64,000 nucleotides of DNA from Candidatus Nealsonbacteria bacterium (GTDB taxonomy: Bacteria; Patescibacteriota; Minisyncoccia; Minisyncoccales; JANBVM01): positions 66,000 to 129,999 of the forward strand of contig CP061210.1 in assembly GCA_026016225.1 (NCBI GenBank), written 5' to 3'. A program made the translations under genes and the position numbers. Below, in pieces: positions 48,540 through 56,183 of the stretch (its first letter is position 1; each line of letters opens with the position of its first letter). The notes below the pieces were generated by a model. It worked only from the letters and a program-made list of their open reading frames with translations. It was not told the DNA's origin and searched no databases.

Positions 48540-48582
48540 GCAAAACTATTATACGTGGGTGCAATTCCCATCCGCTCCTCCA
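48540..48582 (+). pseudogene. tRNA-Cys-like 3' portion (anticodon GCA through acceptor, with TCCA encoded); no convincing 5' half
   Basis: gcaaaactattatacgtgggtgcaattcccatccgctcctcca aligns to the 3' part of the adjacent tRNA-Cys. Confidence 0.35.
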
Positions 48583-48592
48583 TTTGGTTTTT

Positions 48593-49237
48593 ATGAAATC
48601 TCATAAACACTCACTTAAACAAGATTTTTTTGATAAATGGTCCCCGGAAATGGCTTATGTTTTAGGATTTTGGTTTGCAGATGGATACATGCGAAGAAGT
48701 GGATCTTATAAAATTGTATTTTATGCAAAAGATTATGAGATGCTTACTAAAATTAGAAATGTAATGGGTTCAAGCCATCCATTTTATAGAGATAAAAGAT
48801 ATGAAAGTTTCCAATTTACCGTATACTCAAAACGACTGTTCCAGAAGTTATTAGAATTGGGAGGAATTCGGTGTAAAAGTAAAACAATGAAGTTTCCAAA
48901 AGTACCCTTCCAGTATTTACCAGATTTTATTAGAGGCTATTTTGACGGTGATGGAAGCGTATTTTATACAACTTATATACATAGCAAAAATAAAAAACTT
49001 CGTCGGGAATTAAGAAGTAACTTTACTTCTGGCAATAAAGAATTTCTTGAATCTCTTCAAAATATCTTTATAAATGTTCTTGGATTTACTAAAAAAAAGA
49101 TATGTCCTTACGATGAAAGGGCGTCCTGGAAATTAGGGTACGGAACAAAAGATACTTTAAGCTTGCTACGATTCATGTATTATCCTAATTATCCAATAGG
49201 ATTGGATAGAAAGTCTTCCTTTTTAAAAAATAGATAA
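48593..49237 (+). CDS. Free-standing LAGLIDADG homing endonuclease (double-motif)
   Basis: MAYVLGFWFADGYM and FIRGYFDGDGSVF. The start is taken at MKSHKHS; the track ORF start at 48515 reads through tRNA-like sequence. Confidence 0.75.
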   Translation: MKSHKHSLKQDFFDKWSPEMAYVLGFWFADGYMRRSGSYKIVFYAKDYEMLTKIRNVMGSSHPFYRDKRYESFQFTVYSKRLFQKLLELGGIRCKSKTMKFPKVPFQYLPDFIRGYFDGDGSVFYTTYIHSKNKKLRRELRSNFTSGNKEFLESLQNIFINVLGFTKKKICPYDERASWKLGYGTKDTLSLLRFMYYPNYPIGLDRKSSFLKNR

Positions 49238-49250
49238 AATAAATATAATT

Positions 49251-49336
49251 GCCGCGGTGGCGGAATTGGCATTACGCGAGTGACTTAAAATCACTTGGGA
49301 TTATATCCCGTGTGGGTTCGAGTCCCACCCGCGGCA
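49251..49336 (+). tRNA. tRNA-Leu(TAA)
   Basis: Acceptor gccgcgg/ccgcggc, anticodon loop cttaaaa, long variable arm. Confidence 0.85.
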
Positions 49337-49342
49337 CAAACT

Positions 49343-49381
49343 AAAAAACCACCTACGCCAGTTGGCGGGGGTGGTTTTTTT
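49343..49381. terminator. Bidirectional rho-independent terminator
   Basis: A-run, then stem ccacctacgcc / ggcgggggtgg (10 of 11 pairs), loop agtt, then T-run. It lies between convergent genes. Confidence 0.55.
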
Positions 49382-49416
49382 ATTAAGCTCTTAATTTTTA
49401 AAGTTTAAGATAAATG

Positions 49417-49971
49417 TTATCTTTCTAAGATTTCAATATATGTTCTTTTTGCTCCAAAAGCAAGAGCTTGGGAATATTCAGAAAACCAAATATCAATGTG
49501 ATAATTACCCTTTTTCCAACTCATTCTATCCTCAACAATAAAAACCTTATCATCATATATTTCAGGAATTCTAATCTTTGTACCAAAAGGCAAAAAATTA
49601 TTTGCTATAACTCCCTCTCTCACAAAAGTCCCGGATGCAGTAATATAGGGACTATCATCGGTTTGACAGGGTGTACTTGAATAAGCAGTTATTACTACCC
49701 GTAACTTTTCGGTAGCCTTTAAAGGCGGGTTATTTGGATTGGAAAGAGAAGCTAAAGTGTTTTCTTGAAAAACAACAAAACTCTGGATACTATCCAGTTC
49801 TGATTGATTATTACTTTTTAACTCAGAAAGAGAGTAAACTTTAAACAAAACCCCAAAGAATATTAGAAAAACTAAGCTAATCAACGCCCAAACCTTTGGG
49901 CGTTTGCAATTAAACCCTTGCTTTTTACAAGAGCCTTGTTTTTTTCTTTTTTTAGGACCAGAAATTTTCAT
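49417..49971 (-). CDS. 3D-domain protein (MltA/RlpA-like fold), membrane anchored
   Basis: ITAYSSTPCQTDDSPYITASG...GTKIRIPE...FIVEDRM. Confidence 0.65.
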   Translation of the reverse strand: MKISGPKKRKKQGSCKKQGFNCKRPKVWALISLVFLIFFGVLFKVYSLSELKSNNQSELDSIQSFVVFQENTLASLSNPNNPPLKATEKLRVVITAYSSTPCQTDDSPYITASGTFVREGVIANNFLPFGTKIRIPEIYDDKVFIVEDRMSWKKGNYHIDIWFSEYSQALAFGAKRTYIEILER

Positions 49972-50091
49972 CTTAAAAACCCTTATTTTTAGGGTTGAAT
50001 TATCCTAACTCATTCACCAAAGCATGTCAATACTAAAGGCTAAAAAATAAAATGGGCAGGTTCAAAAAAGCAAACTCATTAATTGAAGTTA

Positions 50092-50163
50092 AGCGGGAGA
50101 CGGGGATTGAACCCGCGACCTTCTCGTTGGCAACGAGACGTTCTACCACTAAACTACTCCCGC
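50092..50163 (-). tRNA. tRNA-Gly(GCC)
   Basis: Acceptor gcgggag/ctcccgc, anticodon loop ttgccaa. Confidence 0.85.
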
Positions 50164-50178
50164 AGATTCATAAAGAGG

Positions 50179-50250
50179 TGCCGCGGGCCAGAATCGAACT
50201 GGCGACCCTATAGTTTTCAGCTATATGCTCTACCACTGAGCTACCGCGGC
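50179..50250 (-). tRNA. tRNA-Phe(GAA)
   Basis: Acceptor gccgcgg/ccgcggc, anticodon loop ctgaaaa. Confidence 0.85.
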
Positions 50251-50265
50251 TATCTGCAAATTATG

Positions 50266-50339
50266 TGGACCCAGAGGGAGTCGAACCCTCGACCTTCGGT
50301 ATGCCATACCGACACTCTAACCAACTGAGCTATGGGCCC
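50266..50339 (-). tRNA. tRNA-Ala(GGC)
   Basis: Acceptor gggccca/tgggtcc with G3:U70, anticodon loop atggcat. Confidence 0.8.
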
Positions 50340-50348
50340 TTCAATTGA

Positions 50349-50422
50349 TGCCCTCGGGGGGACTCGAACCTCCAACCTAGGCGTTAGGAGTGCCTTGCTC
50401 TATCCTGTTGAGCTACGAGGGC
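50349..50422 (-). tRNA. tRNA-Arg(CCT)
   Basis: Acceptor gccctcg/cgagggc, anticodon loop ctcctaa. There is one mismatch in the T stem. Confidence 0.75.
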
Positions 50423-50526
50423 AATTCCTACAGAAATTGTTTTTAAGTATCAAATATTACTTTCAAAAATATAATAGCAACTTCTGGTCTTGTTGACAAT
50501 AGAAGTTAATGATAAAATAAAAACAT

Positions 50527-51552
50527 ATGGAAAAATCACCAATTGTTGAAATAGCAAAAAGAGTTTGTCCTGCGGTAATAACTATTGTTATTAGCAAGGA
50601 CTTACCCAAAATAGAAGGGTATTACATTTTTCCTTTCGGCGGACGGCAATTTGTTATTCCTCAAATAGAAAAGAGAGGGAAAGAAAAAACAAAAATTGGA
50701 GGAGGTTCAGGATTTGTTGTTTCTCCTGACGGTTATGTTATAACCTGCAACCATGTGGTTAAAGATTCAACAGCCGATTATACGGTAATTTTAGAACCAA
50801 CAAAAAAATATCCTGCTAAGGTTTTAGCTAAAGACCCATTAATTGATGTAGCTATCTTAAAGATAGAAGGAAAAGATTTTCCCTGCTTAGAAATAGGCAA
50901 TTCCTCAAAAATTGAATTAGGAGAAACTGTAGTAGCGATTGGAAATCCTCTGGGGGAATTTGAAGACACCCTTTCTTCTGGAATCGTATCCGGCTTAAGT
51001 AGAAAGATTACAGCTTACGGAGGATTATCGTTTAGAGCTACAAGTTTAAGAGGCTTAATTCAAACTGATGCAGCAATAAATCCCGGCAATAGTGGAGGAC
51101 CCTTAGTAAACATGGAAGGAAAAGCTATCGGAATTAATACTGCAATGGTTATGGGAGCCCAAAATATTGGATTTGCTATACCAATTAACTACGCCAAAAG
51201 AAATCTGGAAGAAGTAATAAAATATGGAAAGATAAAAAAGCCGTTTTTAGGAGTAAGATATTTTCTTTTAAACAAAGAAATAGCCAAAGTAAATAAACTT
51301 CCCGTTGACTATGGAGCTTTAATTGTCAGAGAAAGCTTAGGGGAAAAAGCAATAGTAAAAGAATCACCTGCTGATAGAGTGGGGCTGAAAGAATATGACA
51401 TTATTTTGGAATGTAATGGAAAAAAAATAAATGAAGAAAATCCTTTAGCTGACATTTTACAGAAACATAAGATTGGAGAAAAGGTTTCGTTAAAAATTCT
51501 TAGAGAAGAAAAAAAAATAAATGTAAAAGTGCAATTAGAAGAGAAAAAATAG
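50527..51552 (+). CDS. HtrA/DegP-family serine protease with one PDZ domain
   Basis: GSGFVV, TDAAINPGNSGGPL, and a C-terminal PDZ-like segment. Confidence 0.85.
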   Translation: MEKSPIVEIAKRVCPAVITIVISKDLPKIEGYYIFPFGGRQFVIPQIEKRGKEKTKIGGGSGFVVSPDGYVITCNHVVKDSTADYTVILEPTKKYPAKVLAKDPLIDVAILKIEGKDFPCLEIGNSSKIELGETVVAIGNPLGEFEDTLSSGIVSGLSRKITAYGGLSFRATSLRGLIQTDAAINPGNSGGPLVNMEGKAIGINTAMVMGAQNIGFAIPINYAKRNLEEVIKYGKIKKPFLGVRYFLLNKEIAKVNKLPVDYGALIVRESLGEKAIVKESPADRVGLKEYDIILECNGKKINEENPLADILQKHKIGEKVSLKILREEKKINVKVQLEEKK

Positions 51553-51643
51553 CGGTTTTGTACTTTTTACAAACATCAACTTAGAAAATTATAAAGGTCG
51601 CTTTTTTATCGTTTTATTCAATAAAATAATATTAAAATAATAT

Positions 51644-52210
51644 ATGGTTTTCTCTCTTATCTCACGTATAGTGAATAGTGCAAAAGAGGGGATAAAAACG
51701 AGTCTAAAAGGAGTTAGTGACATTGGCAGTGCTATTGTCGGTGTTGTAAAAGATTTAACCACCACTACCTTAGGAGAGACAGGTGAACTTCTTTCAAAAG
51801 GCGTTGAAGCTACTGCTTCAATTGTAAAAGGTGCTATTTATGGAGTTTCTGATATCGGAATATCAATTGTAAGTGCAATCAGGAATATTGTTAGAGGAAC
51901 GGTGGGTGGTTTTATGGAGGCTGGTGGTGAACAAAAACCTGCTATTCAAGGAGCAGTCGCCCAAGCAATCAATAGTGCAAAAGAATTAGGATTAGATATT
52001 GGAGAAGTTGCTGTAGAAGCAGTGAAAGGTTCAATCCAGGCCGTTACAACAGTAGGTGGTGATACGGTTCAGGCAACAAAAGAAGCTGTTTCAGCTGCTA
52101 TAGAAGCTGCCAAAGATATTGGAGGAGAAACATTAGGCGCTGTAAAAGACGCACTTGCCAGTGGTGTTGAAGGAGCTAAAGACATTATTGAAGCGGCAAA
52201 AGAAGAGTAA
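51644..52210 (+). CDS. Hypothetical Ala/Gly/Val-rich repeat protein
   Basis: Recurrent G.SDIG..IV and AKD(I/L)G motifs. No family was recognised. Confidence 0.35.
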   Translation: MVFSLISRIVNSAKEGIKTSLKGVSDIGSAIVGVVKDLTTTTLGETGELLSKGVEATASIVKGAIYGVSDIGISIVSAIRNIVRGTVGGFMEAGGEQKPAIQGAVAQAINSAKELGLDIGEVAVEAVKGSIQAVTTVGGDTVQATKEAVSAAIEAAKDIGGETLGAVKDALASGVEGAKDIIEAAKEE

Positions 52211-52240
52211 AATTTCTTAAGTTTTTCAGTTTCAAAAATG

Positions 52241-52270
52241 AACGGCGGGTTAAATCCCGCTCGTTTTTTT
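52241..52270 (+). terminator. Rho-independent terminator
   Basis: Stem acggcggg / cccgctcgt, loop ttaaat, then ttttttt. Confidence 0.5.
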
Positions 52271-52355
52271 GTCAAAAGACCAAAAAAAAGAGGGAAGAAG
52301 AAGTAGAAAATAATTAGTTTCTCTACTTAGTTCTTTTTCCCTATATAAAATAATT

Positions 52356-52850
52356 TTAGATGAATATTCCTCTTTCTTTGATTACTTCCTCGAATTTCTT
52401 AAGAATCTGATGGAATTCTATTGGAATCTTATCAGGATCCATTGCTTTTATTTGATCCCGGCAAGCATTCCATATTATCCTTATTTGATTTTCTGAATAA
52501 GGTTCTGATTTCTTTTTTACATCACCCGACCAAATATTATCCTCTTCCATTTTCGGAAAGAAGATTTTTATGGAAGTTCCCCCGGTAAATTCGTTTGTTT
52601 CTATCCTGACATTCTTAATTTCTCTAGTTTCTCTGAATTCCTCTTCCTTTTCTTCTTCTTTAATTTTCTTTTTCTTTTTCTTTCTCATTTTTTTTACCTC
52701 CACAAGTTTAGATTTTCTCTTCCTTATAAATTCAAAAGAGCTACTTGCCACTTTTATATACACTAAAACAAAAACTTTATCAAGAGGTAATAAAAAAATT
52801 TGTTTCCTATAATATTTGAAATCATTCTTTTTCTTTTTTACTTTCTTCAT
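52356..52850 (-). CDS. Hypothetical protein with a poly-Lys/Glu segment
   Basis: ORF only. The start is uncertain, with several internal Met codons. Confidence 0.25.
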   Translation of the reverse strand: MKKVKKKKNDFKYYRKQIFLLPLDKVFVLVYIKVASSSFEFIRKRKSKLVEVKKMRKKKKKKIKEEEKEEEFRETREIKNVRIETNEFTGGTSIKIFFPKMEEDNIWSGDVKKKSEPYSENQIRIIWNACRDQIKAMDPDKIPIEFHQILKKFEEVIKERGIFI

Positions 52851-53037
52851 CCCACTCTTCGTAGGCTTTCTCTAATTCCTTCTCCATTTCTTCAACAGTT
52901 TTGCCAGAAAACTTCTTTTTTTCTTCTTCAAAATCCTTCTCAACTTTTTCTTTAAGTTCTTTTTGTTGTTTTTTAAATTCTTCCATTGCTTTTTTGTCTT
53001 CCTTTGATTCTCTCCTTAGTTTTTCTGGGTCTATCAT
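52822..53037 (-). CDS. Hypothetical K/E-rich small protein
   Basis: ORF only, of low complexity. Confidence 0.2.
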   Translation of the reverse strand: MIDPEKLRRESKEDKKAMEEFKKQQKELKEKVEKDFEEEKKKFSGKTVEEMEKELEKAYEEWDEESKKEKE

Positions 53038-53234
53038 GCTTTTTTGATTTACATTAGGTAATATTTTTGATATTCCCTAACCTTTATATTCCATTATACC
53101 ACAAACCCCCCAAGCTAAATGCTTCAGTAAATTCAGCACAGGTGCTCGGGATGCCAGTGTGATGGATTGAATGGTATATCTAGAGCAGAATTTCTTGTTT
53201 TGACTTTATTTTCAACTTTTTACCTAAGTAGTTG

Positions 53235-53306
53235 GGAGGCCAAAGGGATTTGCACCCTCACCGAGAGTTCCACAAACTCTAATGCTGCTATTACACCATG
53301 ACCTCC
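53235..53306 (-). tRNA. tRNA-His(GTG) with encoded G-1
   Basis: G-1 plus gaggtca/tggcctc, C73, anticodon stem agagt/actct, loop ttgtgga. The D arm is atypical. Confidence 0.65.
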
Positions 53307-53394
53307 ATAAATTTTTTAAAAATTCAGATTTTCTCTTACCCTTCCTCTGTTTATTTTACCCAAAATCAGCTGAAAGTAAAGGTAATCGTATCCT

Positions 53395-53433
53395 GCCACA
53401 GCGAGGCGCTTTACCAATTAAGCTACGACCACC
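53395..53433 (-). pseudogene. tRNA-His-like 5' half (G-1 through anticodon loop ctgtggc); no 3' half found
   Basis: g-gtggtcg-ta-gctt-aattggta-aagc-g-cctcg-ctgtggc, after which the tRNA structure ends. Confidence 0.4.
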
Positions 53434-53484
53434 ATATTGATAGAAAACAATTATATAACTATTAAAAATTAAATACAAGATACA

Positions 53485-53525
53485 CTTAATTACGTAGTAA
53501 TTACAAGGAGTGAAGCGACTGGTTT
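53485..53525 (-). repeat. 41-nt hairpin element, copy C (inverted orientation, intergenic within the tRNA cluster)
   Basis: The reverse complement reads aaaccagtcgcttcactccttgtaattactacgtaattaag. The hairpin stem carries a compensatory GC-to-AT change. Confidence 0.8.
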
Positions 53526-53581
53526 GTAATACTAACCCCCTAGTGCCCCCATCAGGATTTTTACCTCGCACCAATTCATTA

Positions 53582-53654
53582 TGCCCCGTGAGGGATTCGA
53601 ACCCCCGACCTTAAAGTTAAGAGCTTTCTGCTCTACCAACTGAGCTAACGGGGC
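53582..53654 (-). tRNA. tRNA-Lys(CTT)
   Basis: Acceptor gccccgt/acggggc, anticodon loop ctcttaa. Confidence 0.8.
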
Positions 53655-53668
53655 TTTATTATTTTTAT

Positions 53669-54115
53669 TTATTGGCATTTAATCTCCCACCAACTTTCTT
53701 TCAATCCCGTCCATTCAGCTATTCCAATAGCACCTAAGAAAGTGTTTAAAAAGACCCAGGAGGCAAAAATGATTATAAAACCAATTACAACAGCTGTGAT
53801 TGCTTTTTTCCCTTGAGATAAAAGGGCTGGTCCTCCTTTCTGTCCTCCTGCAAGCATTTCTGTCCCTCCAAAATGGGCAACAATAAACATAAATCCTGCA
53901 ATAGTAATCATCAAAACTACTGTAATAGGCAACAAACAGGTAAGGAAAAACTTAAGAATATTGTTTAAAAGTTCAAAGATATGACAGAGGTTACATGCCG
54001 GTTTTCCGTAACGACCGCAAGGAACTATCGGACCTTCACAGATAGCTAAAATAGAAACAGGAGTTGATAACGAAAGCAAAAAAACTAAAAAAGTTGTTAA
54101 AAGTATTTTCTTCAC
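53669..54115 (-). CDS. VirB2/TrbC-like pilin-like membrane protein (short paralog)
   Basis: Signal peptide, CEGPIVPCGRYGKPACNLCH, two TM helices; ends WWEIKCQ. Confidence 0.5.
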   Translation of the reverse strand: MKKILLTTFLVFLLSLSTPVSILAICEGPIVPCGRYGKPACNLCHIFELLNNILKFFLTCLLPITVVLMITIAGFMFIVAHFGGTEMLAGGQKGGPALLSQGKKAITAVVIGFIIIFASWVFLNTFLGAIGIAEWTGLKESWWEIKCQ

Positions 54116-54183
54116 CTTACTTTATTAAATTAAAAGTATCTTTTAGAAAAAAGGTGTCTTAATTTCTTCTTATATTCCATCTT

Positions 54184-56025
54184 TTAATAATTACATACAC
54201 ATATACGCCAAGAATAGCTACCAGGACTAGATTTACAAGATTGATCTATACTTGACTTGCGGCCGTAGCAGTGATTCATATCACCCCATATATTTGCCCA
54301 AAATGGAGCCCATGAGCCGCAGACTACTGCAGAATCAGGAGTACACCTAGCGCTATCTCCAAAAAATTTTCTACAGACCTTGCACTTATCATTATCATCC
54401 CAATTTGCATCTACACATCCACCATGAGTAGCACATACATCCTTACAAAGTTCACCCCTATTGTCCCATGGTGGATTAACAAGACCTCCCTTATACCAAC
54501 AACCCATTCCTCCTTCCCCACCGCACTTTGGTTCGTCAGCTGGACAATTAGCACTATATAAATAGCCGCCGCCTGTTCTGCTACTACACTTTTTACACTC
54601 ACCCTCAAAGCAACGCTGGTTATAAGCTGTACATCCATATGAACCTGCTCCCCAACCACTATCTGGAGAATTCTTAATACATGAACCTACACCATTACAG
54701 AGCTTGCAGCTGGAACAACCACTATCACGAAAGCCCTCTGAATGAAACTCGCAGTCTATATTATTATCATCTTTACAGGTGTAACAGATGGGGCAACCAC
54801 CGTCACCTGAGCTTTGAACACCACAAGAATAATATGTACCACTGCAGTACTCAGAACTGCAGCCATCAGACGCCGTTGAACCTTGACTACACTCATGCCA
54901 TTTATCCTCATTATTCTCCTGACGATTATAACCAAAACCAGAATTACACTCTGCACAAGTACGTAAATCAGTGCAAGTATGATTTGATTTTTTACAATAT
55001 TTTCCAGAAGAACATTTAGAACAAGCACAACAACCTATATCAACAGAACCTCCACTACAAGTTCCCGAACTACAAGTAGTTGGAGCGTAAAAAGTATTAC
55101 CTTCACAACCATAACTACCCGAGCAAGGTAATCCTTCGTTTATATTTACCCAGGGCCCATAAACGTCATTACAAGAACCTGAGTCATTACACTTACCATC
55201 TTTAGTTCTTGATTGACAAAAGCTCAAGTTCGGACCTCCACCATTTCTATACTCCGGGTCAGGCCAACATTTACCTCCGGGGTTAGTACCAGCTGTAGCA
55301 TTTCCACACAAACCTGATTGGCAGGCTTGACAGGTTCCATCGCAGCCATCATCCTGGGTATTATCTGTTATAGGAACACACTCTTCTGGACCCGTATCCA
55401 GGCCTGAACATGCATGACAGATTGAACAATCACCCCAGAGGTCTTCACCATTCTCCTGACGATTATAACCAAAACCAGAATTACACTCTGCACAAGCAGG
55501 TAAATCACTGCAGGTATGAATTGATTCTTTGCAATACTCTCCAGAAGAACAATCAGAGCACTGTTCACAATATACGGGCGGGGCACATTTAATCTCCCAC
55601 CAGGTTCCTAATCCTGTCCATTTAGCTATTCCAATAGCGCCTAAGAAAGCGTTTAGAAAGACCCAGGAGGAAAAAATGATTACCACACCAATAACAACAG
55701 CCGTGATTGTTTTTTTCGCCTGAGATAAAAGGACTGGTCCTCCTTTCTTTTCCCCTGCAAGCATTTCTGGTTCACTAAAATAAGCAAACATAAACATCAT
55801 TCCACCAATAACCAGTATTAAACCGGCCACAATTGGAACCAAACAGGTAAGGAAAAATTTAAGAATGTTGTTTAAAAGTTCAAAGATATGACAGAGTGAA
55901 CAAGCTGGTTTCCCAGGACGACCGCAAGGAACTAAAGGTCCTCCACAGATAGCTAAAACTTGATTAGCTAAAGATAAAAAAAACAAAATTGAAAGAATTG
56001 TTACTAATAATCTTTTATTTTTCAT
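54184..56025 (-). CDS. VirB2/TrbC-like pilin-like protein fused to a roughly 470-aa cysteine-rich C-terminal domain
   Basis: The N-terminal ~145 aa are paralogous to 53669-54115. After WWEIKC a Cys-dense region follows, with an internal duplication (46 nt identical at 54914-54959 and 55451-55496). Confidence 0.6.
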   Translation of the reverse strand: MKNKRLLVTILSILFFLSLANQVLAICGGPLVPCGRPGKPACSLCHIFELLNNILKFFLTCLVPIVAGLILVIGGMMFMFAYFSEPEMLAGEKKGGPVLLSQAKKTITAVVIGVVIIFSSWVFLNAFLGAIGIAKWTGLGTWWEIKCAPPVYCEQCSDCSSGEYCKESIHTCSDLPACAECNSGFGYNRQENGEDLWGDCSICHACSGLDTGPEECVPITDNTQDDGCDGTCQACQSGLCGNATAGTNPGGKCWPDPEYRNGGGPNLSFCQSRTKDGKCNDSGSCNDVYGPWVNINEGLPCSGSYGCEGNTFYAPTTCSSGTCSGGSVDIGCCACSKCSSGKYCKKSNHTCTDLRTCAECNSGFGYNRQENNEDKWHECSQGSTASDGCSSEYCSGTYYSCGVQSSGDGGCPICYTCKDDNNIDCEFHSEGFRDSGCSSCKLCNGVGSCIKNSPDSGWGAGSYGCTAYNQRCFEGECKKCSSRTGGGYLYSANCPADEPKCGGEGGMGCWYKGGLVNPPWDNRGELCKDVCATHGGCVDANWDDNDKCKVCRKFFGDSARCTPDSAVVCGSWAPFWANIWGDMNHCYGRKSSIDQSCKSSPGSYSWRICVCNY

Positions 56026-56054
56026 TTTGAATTTTTAATTTAGTGAAGAGCCTG

Positions 56055-56126
56055 TGCCCCCGGAAGGATTCGAACCCTCAATTAGGCATCCGAAGTGCCT
56101 CGTGTTATCCATTATACCACGGGGGC
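56055..56126 (-). tRNA. tRNA-Arg(TCG)
   Basis: Acceptor gcccccg/cgggggc, anticodon loop cttcgga. Confidence 0.8.
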
Positions 56127-56183
56127 TTTTTCAATTCTATCAAAATAATTGAAAAAAACAAGGATTTAAGATAAGATTCAGGT

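Noticed and set aside
48393-48582. Model of an intron-containing second tRNA-Cys gene whose intron would contain the intact tRNA-Cys.
   Set aside because: The acceptor and anticodon-stem pairings work, but only 9 nt (gcgaaggcg) are available where a 17-nt D arm is needed. I keep it only as a low-probability alternative in the findings.
50083-50328. An 81-aa ORF.
   Set aside because: It runs across tRNA-Gly, tRNA-Phe and tRNA-Ala on the opposite strand.
51644-52210. Ala/Gly/Val-rich repeat protein considered as a candidate for a novel system.
   Set aside because: It is an isolated gene with its own terminator and no functional partners, so I report it only as hypothetical.
54411-55723. Several 60-112 aa ORFs in other frames and on the other strand of the Cys-rich gene.
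   Set aside because: They are nested in the 613-aa ORF. Their mirrored peptides (VQSVILVLVIIVRR appears twice) only reflect the internal DNA duplication.
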